From an uncultured bacterium (lineage in GTDB: Bacteria; Krumholzibacteriota; Krumholzibacteriia; LZORAL124-64-63): a stretch of DNA of 64,000 nt. A program made the position numbers and the translations under genes. This document shows, one piece after another, positions 23,142 through 32,152 of this stretch. The stretch lies in the NCBI GenBank assembly GCA_963727525.1, contig CAVSGO010000007.1, positions 805,393-869,392 on the forward strand. Direction: 5' to 3'. Within the stretch, counting starts at the first letter, position 1. Each line of letters starts with the position of its first letter. The notes beneath the pieces were generated by a model that ran no database searches, was not told the DNA's origin, and saw nothing but the letters and a program-made list of their open reading frames with translations.

Positions 23142-24308
23142 ATGTTCGGATTCCTCAAGCCAAAACCCAAGGCCCTCATCGGCCTGGATATCGGCTCCAA
23201 CGTGGTCAAGTGCATCCGGCTGGATCTCACCAAGCCGCGGCCCGTGGTCACGCATTTCGCCATGGAAGATCTGCCGCCCGAGGCGATCGTCGATGGCGAG
23301 ATCATGGATCGCGACCTCGTGATCCAGGCCGTCACGGCCTGCGCCGCCAAGGCGAACCTGCCCAAGGAGCCTGTGGCCACCGCAGTGTCCGGGCGCGCCG
23401 TGATCGTGAAGAAGATCGTGATGGACAAGATGAGCGAGGACGACGCGCGCGAGGCCATCTACTGGGAGGCCGAGCAGCACGTGCCCTTCGACATCGACGA
23501 CATCACGCTCGATTTCCAGATCCTCAACGGCGACATCGGTGCGGGCCAGATGGAGATCCTGCTCGTCGCCGCCAAGAAGGACATGGTGCAGAGCCACGCC
23601 GAATTGATCCGCGACGCCGGTTTCGTGCCGCGGGTGATCGACGTGGCGTCGTTCGCCAACCAGAACGCCTGGGAGTTCCTGCACGACCTGGCCACCGAGC
23701 CGGCGGCCGCGGGCGAACCGGGCGGCCCGGCCATCGCCGGAGACGCGGACGAACTGGTCGAGCCCGCCGACGAGGGGGACCTGCCGGACGAAGAAGAGAC
23801 CGCGGGCGAGTTCGTAGCCCTCCTGGATGTGGGCGGTGGCGTCACCAACGTGCACATCGTCAAGGACGGCGCGCCCTACTTCACGCGCGACCTGCCCATC
23901 GGCACGAGCCACTTCATCGAGGAGTTCCAGAAGCAGCTCGGCCTCACCTACGACACGGCCCAGCGCGTGGCTCGCGGGCACACCGACGAGGTCGATGCCC
24001 AGCTTGTTACCGATATCGTCCGCTCCGTGGGCGCGGACATCTTTCAGGGCCTGGAGCCCTCGCTCTCCTATCTGAAAACCTCCGGCGAGGCCGAGGGTAT
24101 CGACCGCATCGTCCTCAGCGGCGGTGGTGCCAAGTTGCCTGGCCTGCTCGAATATCTCGGCGAGTGCTACCACGCTGCGGCCGAGATCGCCGACCCCATC
24201 AGCAACCTCGATTTCGATCCGGCCGTGTTCGGCGAGGTCGATCCCGAGGAGCTGAGTCCCATGCTCACGGTCAGCGTGGGCCTGGCGCTGCGAAAGGCGG
24301 TGGATTAG
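23142..24308 (+). CDS. pilM: type IV pilus assembly protein PilM (actin-like ATPase fold)
   Basis: N-terminal 'LIGLDIGSNVVKCIRL', PilM/FtsA-like; contains ~45 aa acidic insertion. Confidence 0.85.
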   Translation: MFGFLKPKPKALIGLDIGSNVVKCIRLDLTKPRPVVTHFAMEDLPPEAIVDGEIMDRDLVIQAVTACAAKANLPKEPVATAVSGRAVIVKKIVMDKMSEDDAREAIYWEAEQHVPFDIDDITLDFQILNGDIGAGQMEILLVAAKKDMVQSHAELIRDAGFVPRVIDVASFANQNAWEFLHDLATEPAAAGEPGGPAIAGDADELVEPADEGDLPDEEETAGEFVALLDVGGGVTNVHIVKDGAPYFTRDLPIGTSHFIEEFQKQLGLTYDTAQRVARGHTDEVDAQLVTDIVRSVGADIFQGLEPSLSYLKTSGEAEGIDRIVLSGGGAKLPGLLEYLGECYHAAAEIADPISNLDFDPAVFGEVDPEELSPMLTVSVGLALRKAVD

Positions 24309-24887
24309 ATGATCCGCATCAACCTGCTGCCGCGCGACGAGGTCCCCGCGAACCGCAGTCTGAAGATACCGAGCCTCAGCACCTTCGCACCGCTCGTGCT
24401 GATCGCGATCGCGGTGGGCGCGATGACCGTGATGTCGGTCTATCAGAACCAGAAGATCGGCTCGCTCCAGCAAGCCATCGCCGCCGACGAGGCGGAGAGC
24501 CGTCGCCTGGCGCCGGAGATCGCCAAGATCAAGCGCCTTGACGAGCAGCGTCAGAGCCTCAACCAGCGTCTCGACGTGATCACCGCTCTCGACCGCGATC
24601 GCTACTTCCGGGTGCACCTGCTCGACGAGCTGAACCGCGCGCTGCCCAGCAACATGTGGCTGATCCGATGCGAGAACACGAGTGGCGACAGCTACTCCAT
24701 CGAGGGTGTGACCTTCTCGAATTTCCTGATCAGCGACCTGCTGCAGAATCTCGCGCGCTCGCCCTATTTCGACGGCGTGAGCCTGCAGATCGCCGAACGC
24801 GGCACGATCGAGGACGTCGACGTGGTCAAGTTCAAGCTAGCGACGCGGGGCGTGCGCACGCCGCCCACCGCGACGTTCGGAGGCTGA
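24309..24887 (+). CDS. pilN: type IV pilus assembly protein PilN
   Basis: 'MIRINLLPRDE' N-terminus that binds PilM, single TM, coiled coil. Confidence 0.8.
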   Translation: MIRINLLPRDEVPANRSLKIPSLSTFAPLVLIAIAVGAMTVMSVYQNQKIGSLQQAIAADEAESRRLAPEIAKIKRLDEQRQSLNQRLDVITALDRDRYFRVHLLDELNRALPSNMWLIRCENTSGDSYSIEGVTFSNFLISDLLQNLARSPYFDGVSLQIAERGTIEDVDVVKFKLATRGVRTPPTATFGG

Positions 24888-24890
24888 GTC

Positions 24891-25559
24891 GTGGATATCG
24901 ACATCAAGGACCCCAAGCTTCTACGCTGGGCCGGGGCCGTGCTGGTCGTCCTCGTGGTGGTGCCGCTGTTTTTCATGTCGAGCGCCTACCCGATCACGTA
25001 CGCCGCGCGGCAGACGAAGGTGCATGAGCTGGAGGCGCGGCACGAGGCGCTGGGCCGTGACCTCGAGAAGGCGCATCTGCTGGTGCGCAACCTCGCGCGC
25101 GTGGAGCACGAATACGAGATCCTGCACGACCAGTGGGACGTGGCCAGCACGTTGCTGCCCGAGCAGAACGAGATGCCCAACCTGCTGCGCAAGGTGACGG
25201 CGGCGGGCAAGCAGTCGGGCATCGACTTCAAGCTGTTCCGGCCGGAACCGCTGGTTCCGCACCAGTTCTACACCGACAACCCGGTGGCGATCAAGGTCGT
25301 GGGCGGTTACCACCAGACCGGCGTCTTCCTGAGCCGTCTGGCCAACCTGAACCGCATCGTCAACGTGGAGAACCTGAAGATGGTGGGCGCCACCGGCGAC
25401 AAGGTCGGCGCGAACACTGTCGAGACCGAATTGACCCTGACGGCTTACACCCTGGGCGGCACCGGCGTCCCTGTGACCGATGGTCAGGGACGTCAGCTGG
25501 CCAGCGCGTCCGCCACCCCGGCACCGGCAACGGCGAAGACGTCGGCCGTAAAGAACTAG
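24891..25559 (+). CDS. pilO: type IV pilus assembly protein PilO
   Basis: Single N-terminal TM + coiled coil + ferredoxin-like periplasmic domain; position between pilN and pilP. Confidence 0.8.
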   Translation: MDIDIKDPKLLRWAGAVLVVLVVVPLFFMSSAYPITYAARQTKVHELEARHEALGRDLEKAHLLVRNLARVEHEYEILHDQWDVASTLLPEQNEMPNLLRKVTAAGKQSGIDFKLFRPEPLVPHQFYTDNPVAIKVVGGYHQTGVFLSRLANLNRIVNVENLKMVGATGDKVGANTVETELTLTAYTLGGTGVPVTDGQGRQLASASATPAPATAKTSAVKN

Positions 25560-25569
25560 GAGACCGACC

Positions 25570-26046
25570 ATGCTCCGCATGATGCTGCGCTTCGTCATCG
25601 CACTCGTCGCCGCCATGGCGCTGGGCATGACCGTCTTCGCGGTCGACAACGCCAAGGCGCAAACCGACGAGTCGACCGGCGCGTCGCCCTCGCAGGAGGC
25701 GCGCGAGCGGATCAACGAGATCCGGGCCAACGAGTTTTTCTACCAGTCGTACGGCAAGGTCGACCCGTTCAAGCAGCTCGTCAACGGCAAATACGAGCAG
25801 GCTTCGGGCGCCGCCGAACTGGTCGATCTCAACAGCGCCAAGCTGGTGGGCGTGATGTGGGGCGAGGCCGATAGCTTTGCCCTCGTGGAGGACGGCGCAG
25901 GCTTCGGTTACATCCTGCGCGTCGGCGATCGTGTTCGCAACGGCCGCGTCGTGAGCATCCGGAAAGACGCCTTGACGGCCAGTATCACCCTGTACGGGAT
26001 CACCAATTCGGTGGTCCTCAAACTCGACAAAGCGGAGGACAAGTGA
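25570..26046 (+). CDS. pilP: type IV pilus assembly lipoprotein PilP
   Basis: Signal peptide, small beta domain; position immediately upstream of secretin. Confidence 0.7.
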   Translation: MLRMMLRFVIALVAAMALGMTVFAVDNAKAQTDESTGASPSQEARERINEIRANEFFYQSYGKVDPFKQLVNGKYEQASGAAELVDLNSAKLVGVMWGEADSFALVEDGAGFGYILRVGDRVRNGRVVSIRKDALTASITLYGITNSVVLKLDKAEDK

Positions 26047-27401
26047 TGTTCGGACGGATCCGCACCACGCTGATTCTGGCGGCTGCCATGGTGGCCATGT
26101 TGCCGGCCCTGGCGACGGCGCAGGACGCGATGAACGCCACGCCGAATCCGGCAGACCAGGTCGGCCCGCGCGTGTCGCTGGACGTCCAGGACGCCGAGAT
26201 CGGTACGGTCCTGCGCTCGCTGGCCAGTTACTCGGGCACCAATATCGTGGCCTCGCCGCGCGTGACGGGCAAGGTCACGGTGAAGCTGGAGGAGGTGCCT
26301 TGGCGCGAGGCGCTCACGGTGATCCTGCGTGCGCACAGCTTCGACTACGTCGAGGAGAACGGTGTGCTGCGCGTGGACACGGCCGATCAACTCCGCCAGG
26401 AGCGCGTCGCCGAGAAGATGGCGGAGAAGCAGGTCGATGACCTCGCCAAACTCACGCTGGGCATGGCCAATCTGCGCTATGCCAACGCGAAGGAAGTGAA
26501 GGACGCGCTGAAGGAGATGCTCACCGACCGCGGGAACATCGACATCGACGTTCGCACGAATTCGCTGCTCATCAACGACATCGCCGATCGCGTGGCGGTC
26601 ATCCAGGCCATGGCGGAGAAGCTCGATACAGAGACGCCGCAGGTGGAGATCAACGCGCGCCTGGTCGACCTGGATACTCGCGCCACGCGCGATCTGGGCA
26701 TCAGCTGGTCCGCGAACAACCTCCAGCCGGATGGCCAGAACGTCGTGGGCAACTTCTCGGTGGACAACACGCTCCAGGAGACGTCGGGCGACTTCCGCGT
26801 GGGCACGGTGCAGAACTTCGGCGACCTCATGCTACGGCTGCAGGCCCTCGAGAACGACAACAAGGCCCACCTGATCTCCAACCCGGTGATCACCACGACA
26901 GACAACCGCGAGGCCAGCATCCTCGTCGGCCAGAAAATCCCGCTGATCGTGGCCGACCAGGCGGGCAACGCCATCACGCAACTCACGACCATCGGTATCA
27001 TGCTCAAGGTCACGCCGCACATCAACAACGAGAACCGCATCACCCTCGATGTGCATAATGAGGTGAGCGATCTCTCGAGCCAGGCCACGGTCCAGGGCGG
27101 CGTCATCATCAACACCAGCGAGTCGGATACCCGGGTCATGGTGGAGAACGGCCAGACGGCGATCATCGCCGGGCTGATCCGTAACGTCGAGAGCAACCTG
27201 TACAGCGGCGTGCCAGTGCTGCAGGATATCCCGCTGCTCGGCCGTCTGTTCCGACACGAGACGCGGACGAAGAACGCGCGCGAGCTCGTCATCTTCGTCA
27301 CGCCGCGCATCGCGACCGACGAGTACATGCACCGCGGCACCCTCTCCGTGGACGGCACCATCCAGCGCACCGGCGACACGTTTACCTACGGCGACGAGTA
27401 G
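26043..27401 (+). CDS. pilQ: type IV pilus secretin PilQ (short form, no AMIN domains)
   Basis: Signal peptide, N0 and secretin domains ('VTPHINNENRITL', 'GQTAIIAGLI...SGVPVLQDIPLLGRLF'); GTG start overlaps pilP stop. Confidence 0.85.
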   Translation: MMFGRIRTTLILAAAMVAMLPALATAQDAMNATPNPADQVGPRVSLDVQDAEIGTVLRSLASYSGTNIVASPRVTGKVTVKLEEVPWREALTVILRAHSFDYVEENGVLRVDTADQLRQERVAEKMAEKQVDDLAKLTLGMANLRYANAKEVKDALKEMLTDRGNIDIDVRTNSLLINDIADRVAVIQAMAEKLDTETPQVEINARLVDLDTRATRDLGISWSANNLQPDGQNVVGNFSVDNTLQETSGDFRVGTVQNFGDLMLRLQALENDNKAHLISNPVITTTDNREASILVGQKIPLIVADQAGNAITQLTTIGIMLKVTPHINNENRITLDVHNEVSDLSSQATVQGGVIINTSESDTRVMVENGQTAIIAGLIRNVESNLYSGVPVLQDIPLLGRLFRHETRTKNARELVIFVTPRIATDEYMHRGTLSVDGTIQRTGDTFTYGDE

Positions 27402-27436
27402 GTCCCGGACAGCCGTGCCATCCGATCGCGCATCGT

Positions 27437-27466
27437 CCCGGGCCGGAGCCACCGCTCCGGCCCGGG
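27437..27466 (+). terminator. strong GC-rich hairpin (13-bp perfect stem CCCGGGCCGGAGC/GCTCCGGCCCGGG, 4-nt loop) after pilQ
   Basis: Perfect inverted repeat 36 nt downstream of pilQ stop; no U-tract (typical of high-GC genomes). Confidence 0.45.
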
Positions 27467-27532
27467 CGTCTGCCGGGATACGGGTGCCACCGATAGCAGC
27501 CGCCGATACCAGCACTTGCCCACGATGTCCCG

Positions 27533-28084
27533 GTGGCCTACAATCGACGTATGTGGATCTCTTTCATGGGGTTTCTCGCCGCCGGCAAGACCACCGTGGC
27601 TGCGAGCCTGGCGGCCGCGACCGGGCGGCGCGGCGTGGATGTGGACACGGTCGTGACCCGGCTCGCCGGGGCCTCGCTGCCGGAGATCTTCGCGCGTGGT
27701 GGGCCTGTCGAGATCCGGGATCGCGAGCACCGCGCGCTCCTCGACCTGCCGGCGGACGTGCCGCTGGTGGTGGCAACGGGGGCGGGCTGCGTGGAGTGGC
27801 CCGACACGCTCGAGCTCCTGCGCGAGAGGGGTCTCGTCGTGTGGCTCGATGCGCCCTGGACGACCACGCGACGTCGCCTGCAGGATCCGGAGGGACGCCA
27901 TCGGGCCGAGGTGGGCCGGCTGGGCTGGGCTGGGCTCGCCGCCCTGGACGAGCGGCGCCGGCCCATGTATGCACGGGCCGCGCACCTGCGCTTGCTCACG
28001 GATCGACGTGATCCCACGGCCCTCGGCCGCATGGTGCTGGCGCGCGCGTTGCCCTGGCGAGCGAACCGCGGGGTGGCGGTGTGA
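27533..28084 (+). CDS. aroK: shikimate kinase
   Basis: P-loop 'MGFLAAGKTT', ~180 aa; pilQ-aroK synteny is widespread; alternative ATG at 27551. Confidence 0.7.
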   Translation: MAYNRRMWISFMGFLAAGKTTVAASLAAATGRRGVDVDTVVTRLAGASLPEIFARGGPVEIRDREHRALLDLPADVPLVVATGAGCVEWPDTLELLRERGLVVWLDAPWTTTRRRLQDPEGRHRAEVGRLGWAGLAALDERRRPMYARAAHLRLLTDRRDPTALGRMVLARALPWRANRGVAV

Positions 28085-28653
28085 GGATCGTCGCTGGACG
28101 CTGGCGTGGTCGCTCGCTCGTCGCGCCGGCGGGGCTGTCCGTGCGCCCGACCACGGACCGCGTGCGCGAGGCGCTCTTCGGCATCCTCGGCGCCGATGTG
28201 GTCGACGCCGAGGTGGCGGATCTCTGCTGCGGCAGCGGTGCCAACGGTCTGGAAGCCTTGAGCCGCGGTGCGGCAAGCGTCACGTTCGTGGACTCGGCGG
28301 CGGCCTCCCTGCGCGTGGTGCGCGAGAACCTGGCGCGGCTGGCCGTGACCCCGGCGCAGGCACGTGTGGCGCAGGCCGACGCGGTTACCTGGCTCCAGCG
28401 GCGACTGGCAGGCGCGCAGCCGCTCGTCATCGTCGCCGATCCGCCCTACGATGGGACCCTGGCCACGGACCTGCTGGCCACGCTGGCGAGCCGGCCAGGG
28501 CCCGTGGTCGTGGCGGTCGTCGAACACCCGTCCGATCGACCGCCGGCCTTGCCGGAGGGCGGCGCCTGGACGATCCAGACGCGGCGCTATGGCCGCAGCA
28601 GCCTCACGATCCTGCGCCGGGAGGCGCCGGCAGCTCCGGGAGAGCCGTCATGA
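28081..28653 (+). CDS. rsmD: 16S rRNA (guanine966-N2)-methyltransferase
   Basis: 'LFGILG', 'LDLCCGSGANGLEALSRGA', 'DPPY' motifs; GTG overlaps aroK stop. Confidence 0.75.
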   Translation: MRIVAGRWRGRSLVAPAGLSVRPTTDRVREALFGILGADVVDAEVADLCCGSGANGLEALSRGAASVTFVDSAAASLRVVRENLARLAVTPAQARVAQADAVTWLQRRLAGAQPLVIVADPPYDGTLATDLLATLASRPGPVVVAVVEHPSDRPPALPEGGAWTIQTRRYGRSSLTILRREAPAAPGEPS

Positions 28654-29135
28654 GCGCTCGGTTGGTCCTGTATCCGGGTTCGTTCGACCCATTCACGCTC
28701 GGGCACCTCGACATCGTCGCCCGCGCGGCGCGCCTCTTCGACCGCGTGCTCGTGGTGGTGGCCGCCGATGCGAAAGCGGCCTGGCTGCCTCTCGAGCAGC
28801 GAGTGGAACTGGTGCGTGCGTCCCTTGCCGGCCGCGACGGGTGCGACGTGGCGTCGTTTTCCGGGTTGCTCGTGGAGGAGGCGCGCCGACGCGGCGCGTG
28901 TGCGGTGGTGCGCGGGATCCGCAGCGCCGGCGATTATGAGCACGAGTGGTCGCTGGCCAACGTCAACGCGCGCCTGGCTGCGGATTTCGAGACGGTGTGC
29001 CTGCTCTCACGCCCCGACCTGGCTGCGGTGAGCAGTTCGCTGGTGCGCGAGGTCGCTCGCCACGGCGGCGCGCTTTCCGCGCTCGTGCCCGCTCCGGTGG
29101 CCGCGGCGCTGGACCGCGCGCGCCGAACGTCGTAG
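28650..29135 (+). CDS. coaD: phosphopantetheine adenylyltransferase
   Basis: 'LYPGSFDPFTLGHLDIV' (HxGH-type nucleotidyltransferase motif), 161 aa; ATGA overlap with rsmD. Confidence 0.85.
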   Translation: MSARLVLYPGSFDPFTLGHLDIVARAARLFDRVLVVVAADAKAAWLPLEQRVELVRASLAGRDGCDVASFSGLLVEEARRRGACAVVRGIRSAGDYEHEWSLANVNARLAADFETVCLLSRPDLAAVSSSLVREVARHGGALSALVPAPVAAALDRARRTS

Positions 29136-29239
29136 TTTCGCGTGGTCGGCCGGGCCTTCCGGCCGGCGTCTTGCACGGCGTACCGCCAGGCGGTGGTGCG
29201 CCGTCGTCCTGACTCCACCCGTGTCCCGGTGAGTGTGCC

Positions 29240-30280
29240 GTGTTCCTCGACGTTGTCACCATCCAGGTTCTGGCAGGAAAGGGCGGCGACGGTTGCGTTT
29301 CCACCCGACGGGAAAAGTACGTGCCGCGCGGCGGCCCCGACGGCGGCAACGGCGGCCGCGGTGGCGACGTCTGGCTCGAGGCCAACAGCCAGAGCACCAC
29401 CCTGCTCGACTTCCGCTACCGGCGCCGCTACGAGGCCGCCGCGGGCAAGCCGGGCAGCGGTCAGCGCATGACGGGGGCCGATGGCGAACCGGTGGTCATT
29501 CCGGTTCCGTGCGGTACGAGCGTCTTTTCGCGGAACGACGCGCCCGACGAGGACGCCGCTGGCGAGGAGATCCTCATGGGCGACCTCACCGATCCGGGCC
29601 AGCGCATCCTGGTGGCCCGTGGCGGCCGCGGCGGCAAGGGCAACTGGGAGTTCCGCAGCGCGCGCAACCAGACACCGATGAAGGCCACGCCGGGACGACC
29701 GGGCGATCAGCGCGAAATCCGTCTGGAGCTGAAGCTCATCGCCGACATCGGTCTCGTCGGAGCGCCGAATGCGGGCAAGAGCACGCTGCTCTCGGTGCTG
29801 ACCGCGGCGCGTCCCAAGATCGCCGACTACCCGTTCACGACGCTGGTGCCGAACCTCGGCATCGTCGACCTCGGCCAATTCACGAGCTGCACCCTGGCCG
29901 ACATCCCCGGCCTCATCGAGGGTGCGAGCGAGGGCAAGGGTCTCGGGCACGAGTTCCTGCGGCACATCGAACGCACGCGCGCGCTGCTGTACATGGTCGA
30001 CGTGGCGCAGCCCGACGCCGGAGCCGCTCTCGACGGCCTGCGCGCCGAGCTCGAGGCGTACGGCCGGCGCCTGACCGACCTGCCCTTCGTCGTGGTGCTC
30101 ACCAAGGCCGACCTCCTGCCGGCCGACGACCGCACCGAGGCCGTCGTCGCCGCCGCGCGCGCCTGGTGCGCGACGCACGGCGGGCGCGACACGTTGCTCA
30201 TCTCGGCCGTGGCCGGCCTCGGCATGGACCCCCTGCGCCACGCCCTGCGACGTCTCTACGAGGGCGTGCGAGAGACCTGA
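29240..30280 (+). CDS. obg: GTPase Obg/CgtA
   Basis: N-terminal Gly-rich Obg fold 'GKGGDGCVS...GGPDGGNGGRGGDV', G1 'GAPNAGKST', G3 'DIPG'. Confidence 0.85.
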   Translation: MFLDVVTIQVLAGKGGDGCVSTRREKYVPRGGPDGGNGGRGGDVWLEANSQSTTLLDFRYRRRYEAAAGKPGSGQRMTGADGEPVVIPVPCGTSVFSRNDAPDEDAAGEEILMGDLTDPGQRILVARGGRGGKGNWEFRSARNQTPMKATPGRPGDQREIRLELKLIADIGLVGAPNAGKSTLLSVLTAARPKIADYPFTTLVPNLGIVDLGQFTSCTLADIPGLIEGASEGKGLGHEFLRHIERTRALLYMVDVAQPDAGAALDGLRAELEAYGRRLTDLPFVVVLTKADLLPADDRTEAVVAAARAWCATHGGRDTLLISAVAGLGMDPLRHALRRLYEGVRET

Positions 30281-30314
30281 TCCCCGTCACCTTCCTCCCG
30301 GAAGGGAGCGGGCC

Positions 30315-31208
30315 ATGCCCGCTGCCACCTGGACCCGTATCGATTCGTATCATCCCTGCTGGCCCGGCGGCTGGACGAGAATGGACGATCCGCCCGGCGC
30401 TGTCTTCGTCACGGGCGATCCCACGGCCCTGACCGGCCCCTGTCTGGCCATCGTCGGCACCCGCCGGGCCACACCCCGCGGCCTCGCCGTCGCGCATGGG
30501 CTCGCGCGGGACCTCGCCGCGGCTGGATGGACCATCGTCAGCGGGCTCGCCCGTGGCATCGATGGGGCGGCCCACCGCGGCGCCCTGGCGGCCAGCGGCC
30601 GCACGGTCGCGATCATGGCCACCGGCCCCGATCGCACCTACCCGGCCGAGCACCGCCACCTGCGGGCGGACATCGAGCGCGCCGGGGGCTGCGCCGTGAG
30701 CGAGGGCGAGCCCCGGGCCAGTGTCCAGCGCTGGCTCTTCCCCCGCCGCAACCGCCTCATCGCGGGGCTCGCGCGCGGCGTGATCGTGGTGGAGGCGCCC
30801 CGCCGCAGCGGCGCGCTGATCACGGCGCGCCAGGCCGTCGACGCCGGCGGCGAGGTCATGGCCGTGCCCGGTCCGGTCGACCGTCCCGAGAGCCGCGGTT
30901 GCCATGACCTCATCCGTCTCGGCGCGGCCCTCGTCTGCGACGCCGCGGAGGTGGAAGACACGGTGGGACGCGCTGATCCCGCGGCACCGGTGACGGCCAC
31001 GCTGATGCCCGGCTTGCCACCTGTCGACAGCCCCGCGCGCTGGATCTACGACCGGCTCGATCTCGACGGCGTGGTCATCGGCGAGCTGCTCGCGCGCTGG
31101 CCGGGAACGCGCGCCATGTGGACGCAGGGACTGCTCGCCCTCGAGGTGGCGGGCCTGATCCGACGGTTGCCAGGGGGGAGGCTCGCCCGTAGTATCTGGC
31201 ACGCGTGA
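30315..31208 (+). CDS. dprA: DNA processing protein DprA (Rossmann-fold core, no N-terminal SAM domain)
   Basis: 'LAIVGTRRATPRG...GWTIVSGLARGIDGAAHRGAL', 'RRNRLIAGLA...VVEA..RSGALITA'. Confidence 0.75.
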   Translation: MPAATWTRIDSYHPCWPGGWTRMDDPPGAVFVTGDPTALTGPCLAIVGTRRATPRGLAVAHGLARDLAAAGWTIVSGLARGIDGAAHRGALAASGRTVAIMATGPDRTYPAEHRHLRADIERAGGCAVSEGEPRASVQRWLFPRRNRLIAGLARGVIVVEAPRRSGALITARQAVDAGGEVMAVPGPVDRPESRGCHDLIRLGAALVCDAAEVEDTVGRADPAAPVTATLMPGLPPVDSPARWIYDRLDLDGVVIGELLARWPGTRAMWTQGLLALEVAGLIRRLPGGRLARSIWHA

Positions 31209-32152
31209 CGAGTCGATACGACGCCTCCCCCGGAGTTCCCGTGCCCGGTTTGCGCAAGACCATCCGCCGCGCGCGCGATTTCGCGGCGCTCGGCAGCCTT
31301 TACCTGCTGACGCGGCCCCTGTCGTTCCGCGCCTTGCAGCGCGTGGGCCGGGGGCTGGGGGTGCTCTGCTACCACGTGATCCCGGTGCGCAAGGCGGTGG
31401 TGCTGGCCAACCTCGAGGCGGCTTTCGGCGACACCCTCGACTCGCGAGCAATCCGCGACCTGGCGCGGCGTTTCTATGCCTGCCTCGGCACCACGTTGCT
31501 CGAGTTCTACGGACTGGGCCGTTTGCGACCCGAGCGCCTGCGGACCCTGGTGGACATCGAGGGGCGAGAGCACCTCGACGCGGCGCTCGCCGGCGGCAAG
31601 GGCGCCCTGCTCGTCTCCGGCCACTTCGGCAACTGGGAGCTGCTCGCGTCGGCCATCGTCGCCCTGGGCTACCCCACGCGGTTCGTCACCAAGTCGCAGT
31701 CGAATCCGCTGGTGGACCGCATGCAGGCGCGCATCCGCGGCCAGGCGGGCGTCGGCATGATCCGCACCGACGGCTCCCTCGTCGACATCATCCGCGTACT
31801 GCGGCGCGGCGAGTTCATCGGCATCCTGGGCGATCAGGACGCCGGACTGTCGGGCCAGTTCGTGAACTTCCTCGGCCGGCCCGCCAGCGTATTCCGTGGC
31901 ACAGCCCGCTTCGCGTATCGCCTGCAGTGCCCCATCGTCACCGGCGGCATCGTACGCCAGCCGGACGGGCGCCACCGCGTGGTGCTCGGCGCGCCCATCC
32001 ACGTGGACCCGGCGTGGGACGAGGAAACGGCCATCCGCGAGCTCACGGAAAAGCATACGCAACGTTTGGAAGCCCTCGTCCGTAGGTGGCCCGACCATTA
32101 TTTCTGGGTGCACCGCCGCTGGAAAACCCAGCCTCCGAAGGAGACGCCGTGA
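31205..32152 (+). CDS. lipid A biosynthesis (Kdo2-lipid IVA) acyltransferase family protein (LpxL/HtrB-like LPLAT)
   Basis: Catalytic 'SGHFGNWEL' H(X)4E motif, ~310 aa, N-terminal membrane anchor region; GTG overlaps dprA stop. Confidence 0.65.
   Translation: MTSRYDASPGVPVPGLRKTIRRARDFAALGSLYLLTRPLSFRALQRVGRGLGVLCYHVIPVRKAVVLANLEAAFGDTLDSRAIRDLARRFYACLGTTLLEFYGLGRLRPERLRTLVDIEGREHLDAALAGGKGALLVSGHFGNWELLASAIVALGYPTRFVTKSQSNPLVDRMQARIRGQAGVGMIRTDGSLVDIIRVLRRGEFIGILGDQDAGLSGQFVNFLGRPASVFRGTARFAYRLQCPIVTGGIVRQPDGRHRVVLGAPIHVDPAWDEETAIRELTEKHTQRLEALVRRWPDHYFWVHRRWKTQPPKETP

Noticed and set aside
23078-24541. 487-aa ORF in alternate frame over pilM-pilN
   Set aside because: PilM and PilN are unambiguous in their own frames; alternate-frame product is Arg/Gly-rich
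31046-32113. 355-aa minus-strand ORF
   Set aside because: Antisense to the LpxL-like acyltransferase, which has the catalytic HFGNWE motif
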